64,000 nucleotides of DNA from Minutocellus sp. GHC0000111 (taxonomy: Eukaryota), in the NCBI GenBank assembly GCA_977018835.1, contig OZ361258.1:372001-436000 (forward strand). The letters run 5' to 3'. Below are positions 48,202-61,172 of this stretch, in pieces (position 1 is the first letter of the stretch; each line of letters starts with the position of its first letter). The notes below the pieces were generated by a model. That model was not told where the DNA came from and did no database searches. It saw only the letters and a program-made list of their open reading frames with translations. The position numbers were made by a program, and so were the translations under genes.

Positions 48202-50093
48202 ATGATGAAAAGCAAGATGAAGCCGAATTCCACCACCACGTCTCTACTTTTGTTCTTCCTTCTCGCCGGTCTACTCGCACCTCCTGCAGTCGCTGCTGCC
48301 GACACCGCCGGCATGCCCACCTCTCACAGCAATATTGAAAACTGCGGCCACACACCGGGCGAGGAACCGCCACCCCTCGTCATCGACCCAGCCTCCGCAG
48401 TCGATCCCACCACCCTCCACGGCAAGATCATGGCAGGTGAGATACATGCTGGTTCCTTGCCATTGTCGATCGCTTGCCAGCACATCTGTCTTGAGCACAA
48501 GGCGCGCTTGGTTTCGGGTCGCTTTCCGTGGTGTTGGGACCTTTCTTTCGTCACCCGCCAGCTCCTTCGCCACTCATCATCTTCTTGTCTTCCCTCCTCT
48601 GTGTGTGTGTTCTGCCCTATCGGTGTTGCCTCTACTCAGGATATCAGGGCTGGTTCGACACGCCCTGCTCCGGTTATCGCAACGCCAAGTGGAAGCACTG
48701 GGCCCACCGTGGCGGACCCCCACCCGACCCCACCGCCTATCAGTTCGAAATGTGGCCCGATTTGAGCAAATACGACGACGACGAGCTGTGCGATACGGGA
48801 TTTACCTACGCCGATGGACGGACCGCGGGACTGTTTTCATCGTACAATGCCAAGACGGTCGATCGGCACGTCCGATGGATGCACGAGTGCGACATTGATG
48901 GAGTATTTCTCCAACGATTTCTCAACCAGCTCGACGACGAACGATGCTTCGAGGACAGGGTGTTGCACAATATCCGTACCAGCTCGGAACGCTACGGCCG
49001 AGTGTTTGCCAACATGTACGACATTGGCAAGACCACCGACAACGTCGTCCAACGGATCAAGGACGATTGGATGTATCTGGTTGATGTGCAGGAGATTACC
49101 CAGAGTCCGTCGTATCTGTACCATCGCGGTAGACCTCTGGTGAGTGTATGGGGATTCGGCACGGCCAACCGACCTGGAGAGCCGCAGGAGGTCATCGATC
49201 TCATCGATTGGTTCCACAACAATCCCGTGGAGAGGTACCGTGCCACGGTCAAGGGTGGTGTGCCCAACGGGTGGCAGAACTTGGGTGCCTCTTCAAAAAA
49301 GGACGAAGGATGGGCCGAGGCGTATCGGAGCTTCGATGTGCTGAGTCCGTGGAGCGTTGGTAGGTACCAAGGCCTCGAGGGGGCGGATGACTTTGCCCGG
49401 AAGGTGACCATCCCCAACGCAGAAGAATGCGAGGCGTTAGGCATCGACTACATGCCGGTGGTATGGCCGGGCTTTTCGTGGAGTTACAAAAATTTGCGCT
49501 ATCCCGACCTCCACGAACCCTTCAATAAGTATCCACGAGAGGCGGGGAATTTCTTCTGGCGACAGATGCACAACTCCGTTGAGGCATTCTCGGACAGCGT
49601 TGCGGGGAAACAGGTGTATGTCGCCATGTACGATGAAGTCGACGAGGCGACAAGTGTGATGAAGTTGGCCGAAAGCAAGAAACAGATTCCAACCGAGGGC
49701 AGCTTCCTCACCATGGACGCAGATGGGAAGGAAGTGCCTAGCGACTGGTACCTGCAGCTCATGGGGAAAGCGACCGCAAAGATACGAAGCGATGGGAAGA
49801 TCCCAATCGAAATGCCAAAGTTGACGCGACCGATCCATGAAGAGGATATTGAGGGTAAAAACGGACCCTCTGAAATTCTGACTGCGCCATCTGTGGCACC
49901 GATAATGCTGACTCAGCCCCCGACCAGACGGCCAACACTTCGACCAACCACTGATGAAGAGGATGGGGGCAACATCTTCGTCGTGTCAAGCTATATAAAA
50001 GATGTGGAAAAGAGTGCTTCTCCAGCGAACACTTGGCCAACGCTTTCAACGGTCTTTGTTGGGCTCGCTATTGCTGCATTGGCATTTAGGTGA
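48202..50093 (+). CDS. GH99/GH71-like glycoside hydrolase, secreted, probable GPI anchor
   Basis: Signal peptide; GKIMAG|YQGWF across intron 48437..48639; IDGVFLQRF, SPWSVGRY, PVVWPGFSW, AMYDEVDEAT; P/T stalk and hydrophobic C-terminus. Confidence 0.85.
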
Positions 50094-50153
50094 TAGCAAT
50101 ACAGAAAGTTATTTAGGATTACAAGCGATGCAAAGCGTCCTGCTATGTGAGGT

Positions 50154-51673
50154 CTACTCCTCTGTTTCCTCTTCGTTCTGTACGTCTTCCTTTTCGTCTC
50201 CATCCTCGTCTTCACCGTCGACTTCCTCTTCTTCGTCCCCATCAGTTTTGTCCCGATTCTTCAACATGCGTCCCACTTCCCCAAAGTCGACCTCATCGGC
50301 CACATCCTCATCGAACAAACTGTCGTCGTCGTCGGTTTGGACCGTCCTGGGCACACCAAAGAACGAAATCATGTCCGGATGGTCCTTCTTCATGTAGTGG
50401 AGCACAATTTCGTCGTCAAAGCACGGACAGGGACCGGCATCGGGCAGCAGGTTGACCTTGGAGGCCGTCTCGACCAGTCCGTCGATGGTATCCTTAAAGG
50501 CTTGGAGGATCGCCGGGCAGTCCTTTCCACGGATGGCCATGAACTCCGTATCCACCGTCGGATGGGTCCGACCGAACCAGCTGCGATATCCGTAGTCGGG
50601 ATGCTCGTAGACCGTCAGGGTGGAGTCCCGGGCATCCTTCTTGCGCCGATCAATCAACGACATGACCGTGGACCACAGTTCCGGATCGAGGTCGGAATCG
50701 ACCAGGACGGTCAGATCGTTGGGTTCGGTCTGGGCCAGATCGCACAGCACCTCGAGCTTGTTGAGGTACATGAGGACTGCATGGCGTGTTTGAGAGGGAA
50801 GGGAAATGGCACGATGCGAAAGGAATGCATGGCGTGTGAGTGTGACAGTTGGGTATTCCAAACTAATACAAGCTCGACTGACTGGACCGAGTGCAAGGAC
50901 GAATGATCTGCATGCGCGTTATTATAGAGTCGGGTCAAGCAAGAAGTGCAACCTTTCAACTTACCGTGTGGTTTCAAGATCCTCCTGGGGTCGTGCTTGT
51001 CGGTGGCAAACTTGCGCCGGCACATGTGCCTCTGGACCATGGCCGCTGCCTCTTTATGTTTCAACTCCTCCATATTGTAGTTGCCCGCCTCCTCCGCGTT
51101 TAACTCCTGACAGGTCTGGGCTCTCCCGGTGATAAAGTCCTGATCCCCGAGCACGTAGGCCGGATGGTCCAACTTATTTAGGAACTGGCACGTGTTGGCC
51201 AACCCCTGGGCATACTGCGGCAGGCTGTAGTGCGAGTTCATCTTGTTGTTGTATTTGAGGTGGGGTTCGACCGGCAAGAAGAAGGTGGCCGTCCGGACAC
51301 CCGATACGGGTATGAGGTCTTCTGTTGTGGAAGAGGAGTCTTCGGCCAGACGACGACGGGATGTGGACATGAGGGTGGAGAGGGCGGTGTGAAGTCCTGG
51401 CAGGTGGATCAGGTCGCCAGACAGGACGATCAGGGCACACAGGGCCAGAAAGGCCGAGGCGGCGGCCTGGGCGCGACGGCGGCGGTGGGTCTGCCGTTGC
51501 TGCCTGCCGCCGGTCATTCCGCCGGCAAGGTCACCGCCAAGAAGGCAAGACATTGGGGATGATTCATCTGCTTCGGCAGGTGGAGGCGAACCGAACATCC
51601 CGGCGGAGCCACGAGGACGGACGCGGGAACGATGCCGACGACGGCTCGGGTGGGTTGGCGGCAGGTCGTCCAT
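50154..51673 (-). CDS. Type II membrane protein, possible glycosyltransferase-like
   Basis: TM helix, one GT-AG intron (~50778..50964) joining PH|VLMYLNKL; VDSD (DxD) and CFDDE motifs; acidic tail. Confidence 0.55.
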
Positions 51674-51979
51674 CGTTGAGTTGACTGAGTTTGGGATCGG
51701 TTGGGATACCTCGATGCCAAAGCCACCATGCAGGGAGGGCAATTATGGTTCCGACAAAGCTTCTTGCGGGTGGTTGCTAGTGCCTTAGAAAGGTCATGGC
51801 GGTCATTCTTAGTGCCTGTGAGAACTTTTGCGGTTTTGGTCTGACCTCCAACAGTTCCTTGAACCCTGCCTGGCCAAAGTCAAAGCAAACGCACCAGTCA
51901 CAAGCAAGGAAACAAACGTAAACGATACGGAGGACCAGCCCCCCCAGCCTACAACCGACCCCCCACCAACCAAACAACC

Positions 51980-52943
51980 ATGCTGTTCGACGAGCAACTG
52001 GAGCACATCCTCTTTCATAAGGCCACCTCCAAGGACGACGAGGAAACCGTCGAGCTCAGCGAGGGTGCGACCATCCTCCTCGCCGCGTTCGTGCTGGTGT
52101 TTGTTTTCTACACCTTTCGGCTGATCATCCATGCAGTGCGACCCAAGTCGTCCGAACTCAGAAGAAGACGAGGACTTTCTCCAGAAGTCGACTTTTCATT
52201 TGACTCATATTACGCAGGTACTGAAAAGTGCCGAACGCGTTGTTGGCGTGCCTGGTTTTCCTAACAACAATTCACTTGTCCACCCTTGCCTCGAAGGCGC
52301 GAAAGTAAACTACCTCGTAAGTGCTCTTGGAGACTTGGCAGAACTCGAGGAAATTGGAAAGAAAAACCGCGCCTCGGCCCTGAAACTTCGTGAGAAGGCA
52401 TGCAAATATCTGGCCGGTTTCGACTGGAATGACTACCCTCAGTTTATTCGAACAGGAATGGCCGAGCGCTTGATTGACGAAAAGGCAGAGGTTACTCGAC
52501 TGAAGCATGAAATCGCAAATTGCGGGTTACCCGGCACACAGTACATTCGTCACTTGGAAAAAAACATTAGCGACATGGAAGCCAAGGGTGAGATGAAGTC
52601 TAACAGATATTTGTGCCGAAAGTCAAGGCTCAGTAATACCTTGATGCAACATGGGTTGGTGGATCAGGCCGAAATGATAGCCGCCGATACGCTGAACACC
52701 TGCAAATTACTCTTGGGAGCAGAGAGTTCCATCACAAAGGATCTTGGGGAGGTAGTTAACGGCGCAAACTCTATGCGCAAGAGGAGGGAGTGTCTCGCAG
52801 CACAAGCGGATGCCAATGCCGCTGAATTGATAGCTGAGCTTGATCTCTATGATGAGAAAATACGGTCAAGGCTCGGAAACGGCAGGACAACGCGGAGAAA
52901 TGGAAACAAGAACGGCAAGAGGAACAAAGGAAGGCGCCGGTAG
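51980..52943 (+). CDS. Hypothetical helical protein (two overlapping ORFs, junction unresolved)
   Basis: ORFs 51980..52264 (TM segment) and 52131..52943 (TPR-like helix pair, QADANAAELIAEL, basic tail). Confidence 0.45.
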
Positions 52944-53096
52944 GGGTTGGTACACAGTGGCACATGATATTCCAGTTTCAGTTGTTAAAGTAGTCTTTAG
53001 TGTTCTCTACTAGAGATGAAAACATAGACACAACAATTTACGATTTCATCATCTCTCAACATATATCATAAAAAATATTTCCTTTTCGTTTCGTGT

Positions 53097-53960
53097 CTAA
53101 TACATGCAGGCTCTCCTGGCACTCCTCCAGGACCGGCCACCGCCGAAGCGCTCCTGCTCGGAGAGGTTGCTCCCCTTAATGACCAAGGTGGATCCGATGA
53201 TGGAATCGTCATCGTCGTCTTCGTTGTCACTGATACGAATATCGAGATCGTCCATCACATCCCTGCACCGGGGTGACTCGGTCATTATGGGAAGGGGGAG
53301 AGAGTTTCGACGAGGGGCATGGTGGAAGTCTCCACAATCATTGATGGACTTTTGCAGCGATATCGAGGATTGGGCCGCCGGTGCTTCTAGTAGACGTTCC
53401 TCTAAGAGACGACGGTGAATGTCACGGACGCCGGCCAGCATGGAAGAACGGCGACGAGGTCATTGAGCTGGATGTCCGGCCGAGTTTGGGACGGCATTGG
53501 CGACAGGAGCTGGATCCTTGAGCGTCGTGTAGATGGTGCTTGAGGCAGTGGATCTCGTATTTCCGGATCGGTTGGCTGCGTCCTCCATCTCGCGATGTTT
53601 TTTCGCTGGAAGATGATGATGGCGTGTAAGATGTGGACTCCAATATCGCATTGTACGACTTCCTGACCGCATTGACGCATTCTAGTAGCTGACGGTTCTC
53701 CAGGTCGAGACGGTCGTTCTTCTCAACCAGGAAGGCATTCTTGTCGCGGAGGTTACGTATGTCTCGTTGGTGGATACGGGCGCTATCCTCCTGAAGGTTC
53801 GTCATACGTTCGTTGTAGTTGTAGAGGAATTTGATGGCTTTCTCTTGCTTCTCGGCCTTTCGTAGAAGTTTGGCATTGGCGGTCTTGGCATCAGCCAGAT
53901 CTTGCTTGAGTTGGGCGACAATATCTTGATCGGAAGAGTTAGAGTAGGACCCAGTGTCGC
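53097..53960 (-). CDS. Coiled-coil hypothetical protein (5' exon and one frame switch unresolved)
   Basis: Heptad-rich ORF 53422..53982 continuing in ORF 53097..53441. Confidence 0.45.
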
Positions 53961-54400
53961 TGTTGGCATGGCGTGAAATCAAGTGAGAACGAAAATAAAT
54001 CCGCGTTGGCTAGCACCGCGATACGTAAGCAAATCGTCAGACCGATGCAACTACTAGCTGACATCCAACTCGAGCGTGATCTGAACGACATCGTCTTGAC
54101 ACCGATGGTGGCGCTGTCGACGGGTGTTTCTCCGTCGCCCCCGCCCCCGTGTTTCCGTCTGTCGCAACTTAGACAACCATCTGAGCATTACTTGAGCACG
54201 ATGTGAGTTGGGTGTTTTTTGAGAACGAGGTCTTTTCAAAGACAGGAATCAATTGCGACGATGGCAAGACGACTGATGGACGGACAGACCAATTTCATTC
54301 AACGAAAAAAACGAGAACAGACCAGTCCAGAGGCTTGCATCGAGAAGGACAAGCTCGCCGAACTGGATATGCTGGGCTCTGCCTGCGAATTCTCGGAACG

Positions 54401-56678
54401 ATGAAACAACACAACAGAAAGAGGAGTCGGAGAGATGCCTTTTTGGCAATGTGCATCTCCTCTGTCCCAATGGCTGTTTCAGCACATGCCGATTCTTCAG
54501 GGGCAAACTCTTGGACCGCATTGCACGAACCTCGGAGTGCCGCATCGCAGCTTCATAGGTCGAGTGATGAGCATCACCACCCACACCAATCATTCTTGCA
54601 CAAAAAAAGGAGCACAGCATTTGGTGTCCGACGTGAAGATTTAAATTGCATTCAGCCTACCGGCGCATCTTACAATTCCAAGCACATAATATGCCAGATT
54701 CGGGGAGGCGAGCAATCGTCACAAGCTACCAACAATTTAGGCGTAGAAAACAGACCTCTGTCCCCACCACCTCCACCACCGCCGCCACCACTCCCAACCA
54801 CACTCACAGAAGTGTACGAAAACGAGATATACTCTCCCGAAGATCAATCATGGTCGGCGGCCGGAACTGCCGAAACCAAGGCGGTCTACACTTCATCATT
54901 CGCTCGCTGGACTCAGCCCGACGGTACGCCGTCTCCCCCGCCGACCAACATAGCTGCACCGCCGGGATATGAATTCGCCGACGAATGGAAGATTGACGTG
55001 ACGGGCGTCGGGGTGTCGCGTGATGAGTTGGGTTGGGAATACAGTTGGGATGGCAATGGGCTGGGCAGACGACGGAGGCGGTGGTTGCGCAAATTGAAGG
55101 TGCGGCGTGTGGAGGTTCGGGATGCGGCCGAGATATTGAGAGAGCAGAGAGAAAAGGAACAAGAGACGAAGCCGAAAATTGCTGACACAGTTGGAGAAGA
55201 GACAGATGCTAGTAAAGGCGACGCGTCAAAGAAAGATGTTACGCAAAGCAAAAGCGCAAAGAAGGGAACCGCAAAGGCTCCTATCAGCACAATCAGCACC
55301 ACGTCAGTGGCATCACGGCGGGGATCAGTCAGACGAGGTAGAACGAATGGCAGCTATGCTGGACAATTCACACGAGCCCTGCTCCGACCAATCCAAGATA
55401 ACTGGAACTTCAAGGGATATGGCATAACTGTGATGAAATCCCTCATCTGTGGGAGGTGTATCGTTTCGTCTACCACTGTCAATCAACTTTGACTGGTACG
55501 AACGTCGGCCAGAGCTGCCATCGATCACGTCCAGCGCCACGTACTACTACTCAAATTCTTGTCCTTGGACGTATGCGTTATTCTTAAATGCCAGTCTGCC
55601 AATGGAATTGTTCCGCTTTTGCATTCGACGATTTGGAGAATACACGTGGTTTTTTGGGGGCATCCTTTGGAGTACCATGTTGGTTCTGAGCGATGCTCTT
55701 TGGCGAGTCCTTGTGTTCCCGGCAACTGTCCTGGTTCGATTTGCTTCCTTGCTATCGGATATGGCACTGAACGATGCCTCGGTCGGATCGTCTCGGAATA
55801 AGAAGAGGAACAAAGGAAGGAAAAAGAAATCGAAGGCGAAGAAAGCCAAAAAGGGAACTGTCGTCATCCTCGGCCAAGCATTTCCGCGGCTACCCCCGCC
55901 TCGGAGCATCGTTTATTCAACCGTCATTCAAGATCGAGTCGGTGTCTCGGCCTCATGGAGAATAAGCGCAACGAGAGGATATGAGTTTCGAATATCGTAC
56001 TGGCATTGGTTTACTCCGACGATGCTTTCCGTAGCTAGTGCAATGTCAAAAGCTGCGAGGTTTTTACTCGTGTTGCAGGAAAATGCATCAAAGAGCGCAG
56101 TTACTATGAAGGGAAGAGTTGGCGGCGAACGTGACGAAGATGGTGAAAGTAGTGAGCCTGACAGTCAAGCAAAAACCGTCACCGGAATCGACATGTGGAA
56201 GCGCTTCGCCGAGCCCTGCGAGGATTGGATTCAGCGGAAAACCGGATCCGTTGGATTTTCCTGGGGCGGTCCCATCCCAGAGAAGCCGTACCTCGGAGCC
56301 AGTGCGGTGCTGAGTGTGAGTGCTCTCTATCCTACTGAATTTTCGGGTGGTCTTCGTAGTGCCGCTTCTATGCTTGTTCCTCGGCCTTTGACTCGGAAAG
56401 TATTTCCAAAAGATGAAAGAGGCAAAGAAACAGTATTTGACGAAACAAATGTCAAGGAAACGAAAAATAGAGGTGATGCTGAGGTGTTCGCAATAGAAGA
56501 AGAAGATTCTTTTATCGACGATGCATTGCCAACAACTCCAAAGCCGCGCGCCAGTGACACTATAAATGACGAGGAAATCTCTAAAGTACTCGCCGGAGGG
56601 ACTTCTGACAGTGACGAATATAACTCCTCTGACGACGGTAGCAGCGATGATACAAATCTTCCTATTTCAACACAGTAG
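54401..56678 (+). CDS. Dysferlin/peroxin (DysF)-domain membrane protein; frame switch at ~55450
   Basis: EVYENE...PPGYEFADEWKID...DELGWEY...RRRRWLR signature; hydrophobic segments in the second ORF. Confidence 0.65.
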
Positions 56679-56800
56679 CTAAATGTAGCGAATAAGAAAT
56701 AAACTCCAAAATAAGTCCATTTAGCTCATTTTATAGACTAGCTAGGCTTGTGGTGCAACTTCGTTTGTTATTAAGATACTTATCAAAAATGATTTACTAC

Positions 56801-58267
56801 TTATTTCGGGAGGACAAGGGGCTTCATCTCTTGTTCCTTGTCGGCATCCTTCTTTGCGGATGACTTGCATGGGAGCTCATTGGAAAAGAAGTAGACACTG
56901 CCCAACACCAGCGAAGCGCCGGTGAAAAACTGACCACTCAGGACGGTACCAAAGAGAAAGACACTGCATACCGATCCGAAGCAGACCGAGACGCCGGTGG
57001 CCATTCCTTTCAAAACGTTGTCCGCATACTTGATAACAGCGGCGACGAGGAGTCCGCCACCGGCCTGCAGACCGACGAGAACGTACACCCAGGCAGTAAA
57101 GCCGTGCATGAAGGGCTTGGTGCCATCGTCCCCCTTGAGGCCCATGTACTGGATGAAACCGATGCACACAGAGAAGAAGGCCATTTGAATATTGCGCATC
57201 CACAGCGAAACGGGGGCACGGGCGGCTCCACCCTCGTTAGTAGGCTTCTTCAGGACCTTCTCGAAGTACACACCAGCCAAGGCCGACGAAAGACAAGCGA
57301 TGGAGACGGAGATCAAGCCAACAAATAGATTTTGGCCATCACCGCCCTCCTCCTCGGCAAGACGGCGTGATTTCTCTTCGGTGGTGGACGGATCGTTCGA
57401 CGAGTCGTTGTCGCCCTTCTCACCCAGAACTACAATGGCCACACCGACACCAAGCAATGTGAGGCAGATCCACTGCTTGAAAGAATAACGTCTGTTGAGC
57501 ATGATCACACTAACGACGGCCGTAGTCAGGAGCTTGGCCTGGTAGGTCACCTGGAACAACGGAGCCGACAGGTTGGACAGGGCAACATACAAGAGGGAGT
57601 TTTGGACCAGATACAGCAAAGACGGGATGATGATTTTGATGGCATCAAGGGGACGATCAAGGATGTTTTTTTAATGGACTTGTACAGCTGGCCAGACGTT
57701 CCGTTGTACTCCAGAGCGCAGGAAAGGGGCATCTGACAGATTCGATTCATTCAATGTCGGAAGAAACAAGAGAACCATGTGAGACGAAAGATACGCATGG
57801 AATTGAAGTAACCGGAAATATCACGGTCAAAGATGATCGCATATATACCCAACAATCAAACTAATGTATCAAAACAATCACACGCTACGTTTGATGATAT
57901 GATTGCCAAGTAATAGTAACAAGCAAGCACACAGGTCGCCAAAAAATCGGGCACAATTCATGCTTGTTTTTTTTTTCATGCACTTTTGTTTGGTAATCAT
58001 GTGTTGAAATCACCCACCCGGCCACCGCAATGCACCCACCATAACCGCTTCGCACGTGATGATCAAATGGTTGACGACGTAGCTGTCCTCCTTGCTCACG
58101 CTGGCTCGGGTATAGCGTCCGACGAGGACGGTGGCCGTGTTCTGGAGGACCATGAGGACGAGGAGGACGAGACGGAATGCCGCGCCGGACGTGTTATCGC
58201 CCGGCTTTTGTGCCACGGCCACCTTGGTGCCCTGCGGCGGGGTGTTTTTGATATCGTTGGAGGACAT
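56801..58267 (-). CDS. Nucleotide-sugar transporter (SLC35A-like)
   Basis: LYLVQNSL, FQVTYQAKLLTTA, AGVYFEKVLK, LWMRNIQ, GGLLVAAVIKYADNVLKG; one intron (~57733..58039); 1-bp loss in T7 run at ~57668. Confidence 0.88.
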
Positions 58268-58559
58268 TTGGGTATTATTTCAGCTGCGGTTGTCTTTGCC
58301 GACAAGCTCTGGGCTACGGCTGGGTGCCAGCATGTGAAGGGCAATTGGCGCAAACGACAAATAGTCGTGGTTCGTTGATCCCGGCGTTTTCGGTGGTGGG
58401 TCGTTTGATCCCGTTTTATTCGTGAGCAAGAAACAGAGAGAAGGGAGGGGTCTGTATCACATACCGGTACCGATAGGTTAGCCTAGCTCTTTGACATGAA
58501 TCCATAAGTAGTAGATCTAGATCTACACTCTTAGCTATGGGAGATCTCTAGACTTATAG

Positions 58560-61172
58560 CTAATCCAAAGCCAGAACAATAATGATATCGCCCTCCTCCC
58601 AAGTGATTGGTTTGTCTTTGTTTGGAGGATTCGTCATGAGGTCCTCTGCCTCGGTCCAGGACATGTCTCGTGGCTTGTAACCAAATACCACTTCCCTTCT
58701 CTGCCTTGCAAGTACAGCAACATCCCAGAACGACCGTTTGCATTCTTGTGGATTTGCAACGTCCAAGTAGTGCGATATATCACGGAACTTGGTTTCGCTA
58801 CCTTGGGCCGAAAGCAGCTCGCCAAGGATCCCATTCATATCTCGATCCTCTGCAACTGACGCCAGCATCATCGAAACAATGTGATTCGACATGACGTAGC
58901 CTTTGCACCCGGCGACTTGCAGCAGACTACGCGTCCTGGTGTCGAGAATTTCTCCGATGGGATCGCAGGGACGAGTGCGATAAGATTCGACAGTGAACTG
59001 GCTCGTTTCATCAATTTTCACTTCCGGCGATGGCGAGGACGGTGCCGATGATTCTAATTCACTCACAAGATCGGCCTCTCCGTTACTTGTAACGAGTTCC
59101 TCGTTTTCGTTGTTCTGATCTTGTGGCGGTGGGAGATGCCGAAGACTCTTGCTGAGGGTAGCGCTGCTGCTACCGCCATTTCCGAATCCGGTCATCCTAC
59201 CACGAACCTTTTGCTTGTGATTGAATATCTTTTGTTGTAAATCCTGAACCAGCAGTAGACTGGCCAAAGATCGACTATCTGAGCTTACCGTATCTGGCGC
59301 CCGGGCATCGGAGAGGATCAATATGGAATCGAATTCATCCAGGGTAATGACTCGTCCAGTCGGGAGACCCTTGCTATCAAGAGCCGCAAGCACGCGGAGG
59401 ATCCTCCGAACGATTGGACTGCCGATGGCATTTTTGATGATAAGATTCTTCGTTTCGACTTCTTCCTTGTTGTCCTTGTCTTTGAGCAGCTCACCGCGCT
59501 CCTGAACCGGGACCTGATTGAACAGCCACAGTTCGCTGCCATGCACCACAAGCTCATCGAGGAGGCTGATCATATCGGCCATGTCTCTTCGCCAGCCACA
59601 GAATAAAAGCTTCTCGCACTTTCGCTTTCGCCGGGCCAGTGTATGGACCTTGCCCTGGTCTAAGCTATACGAGCCATCGTTGACTTCGTACGTGTCATTG
59701 TCTTCGGCAAGGCATATAATCTTGTCACCCTCGCGGATGGTGTAGTCATTTGGTGGGTTGATGATGATGGTATCATCCTTCCCCTGCTTGATGCCGATGG
59801 GGACGGCATCGTCGAATCGGCACGTGATGTCGCAAAACGACTTCCCGGTAAGGGCGGGCCACTTCTCAATGTAAAACTCGTCCCCATCGAAACCCAGCAA
59901 TCCTTCCAAAACGTGGGCCAACCCGGGCTCACGGGCGCATTGAATCATTAGGCGTCCTATGATGTCGTGAGCGACCACCACCTCCACCTTGTTCTGGTCG
60001 CTGTCCACGAGATCGACCAAGGTTTTGTTGTCGATGTCTTGCATCTCCACCACCATGTGTGGTCCTCGTCCGTTCAGCACGGCCTTGATGGCCAGCACCT
60101 GTCGCACGATGAGTGAATCGGCCTCGTCGGGGTCCATTTCCGGAGACATAACAATAATGGAGCGGGCCGTCGCCACGCTCACCTTGCGCAATTCGTGTTC
60201 CATCAACGGATTGCCCGATCGGAAGATCACCTGCGTGCCCAGTAGCTTGATCTGATGCTCCGACGTGCTCCGCTCGGTGGCGTACAGCAACTTGGCCTCC
60301 ATGTCCTGCTTGCTGTCGTTGGCCAGGACGACGACCTGTCCCCCGCCCTCGCTCTCGTTGGCCAGGCATATCTGTTCGATGATGGCCAAACTCTTGTCGC
60401 TCCACCACAACATGAGGGTGTGGTCGGACTCTATGACCCGGCTCTTGCCCTGCTTGAGATCGTGGACGCGTTCCGAAATAAAGTCCGATATGATGCCAAT
60501 TATCAAGGCAAAAATAACCATGCCGCCGATGGTAATAAGGAAGGACACGAACCGTACCAGCGTGCCGGTCGCATCGGCGTGAGTGCCCGGATCGGCCACG
60601 TACGTCCATGCCACCCAGGCTGCCTCGGTCAGGTAGTCGGTGGAGAGTACTGATGCAAATGCTGGATCAGTTGTAGTAGCAGAAGCAGTAGCGGTAGCGG
60701 CGGGGTCCACGATGGCCAGACCGAGGGCACCAAAGACAATCAGCACAAACGTGAAGCTTAGCAAAAGACAGGGCTTGGCAAACTTGGACGTGCTGAAGAA
60801 GTGATCCAGCCGATATTGAATAATTTCCGTATACGTCGCCTTGCCATCCTGACATTGACACCTTCGTTTGCGGCGCATCAGCCGGAGCTCCGACAGGAGG
60901 AAGGCCGCCAAAATTGTCGTCAGGAGGGCAAATACGCCGTAGAGGAAGTTGGTGGTGTAGTGTTCCAAGGTTTGCTGCAGTTCGGATATGTTTGGCAAGT
61001 GATCAGTTATAAAGGATACAGCGGATAATGTTGTAGAGGACAATGCACCGATGACAGAGGAATAGAGGCCCGCGTCGTCGCTGCTGGTTCCCTCCGCCAT
61101 GCCCAGGTCTGCATGGCCACCGCTACCGCTAACGCTAGCTGGAGCAGCAGCAGCTTGCACATGTAGCGCCAT
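58560..61172 (-). CDS. CASTOR/POLLUX/DMI1-family cation channel
   Basis: 870-aa intronless ORF; WTYVADPGTHA filter, GKSRVIESDHT, ANESEGGG, FRSGNPL, HDIIGRLMIQCAR.PGLA, CGWRRDM. Confidence 0.9.
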   Translation of the reverse strand: MALHVQAAAAPASVSGSGGHADLGMAEGTSSDDAGLYSSVIGALSSTTLSAVSFITDHLPNISELQQTLEHYTTNFLYGVFALLTTILAAFLLSELRLMRRKRRCQCQDGKATYTEIIQYRLDHFFSTSKFAKPCLLLSFTFVLIVFGALGLAIVDPAATATASATTTDPAFASVLSTDYLTEAAWVAWTYVADPGTHADATGTLVRFVSFLITIGGMVIFALIIGIISDFISERVHDLKQGKSRVIESDHTLMLWWSDKSLAIIEQICLANESEGGGQVVVLANDSKQDMEAKLLYATERSTSEHQIKLLGTQVIFRSGNPLMEHELRKVSVATARSIIVMSPEMDPDEADSLIVRQVLAIKAVLNGRGPHMVVEMQDIDNKTLVDLVDSDQNKVEVVVAHDIIGRLMIQCAREPGLAHVLEGLLGFDGDEFYIEKWPALTGKSFCDITCRFDDAVPIGIKQGKDDTIIINPPNDYTIREGDKIICLAEDNDTYEVNDGSYSLDQGKVHTLARRKRKCEKLLFCGWRRDMADMISLLDELVVHGSELWLFNQVPVQERGELLKDKDNKEEVETKNLIIKNAIGSPIVRRILRVLAALDSKGLPTGRVITLDEFDSILILSDARAPDTVSSDSRSLASLLLVQDLQQKIFNHKQKVRGRMTGFGNGGSSSATLSKSLRHLPPPQDQNNENEELVTSNGEADLVSELESSAPSSPSPEVKIDETSQFTVESYRTRPCDPIGEILDTRTRSLLQVAGCKGYVMSNHIVSMMLASVAEDRDMNGILGELLSAQGSETKFRDISHYLDVANPQECKRSFWDVAVLARQRREVVFGYKPRDMSWTEAEDLMTNPPNKDKPITWEEGDIIIVLALD

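Noticed and set aside
36829..58267. Sulfated-glycan gene cluster (sulfotransferase, GH, GT-like, sugar transporter)
   Set aside because: The genes are interspersed with unrelated loci and belong to large families; no evidence of co-regulation.
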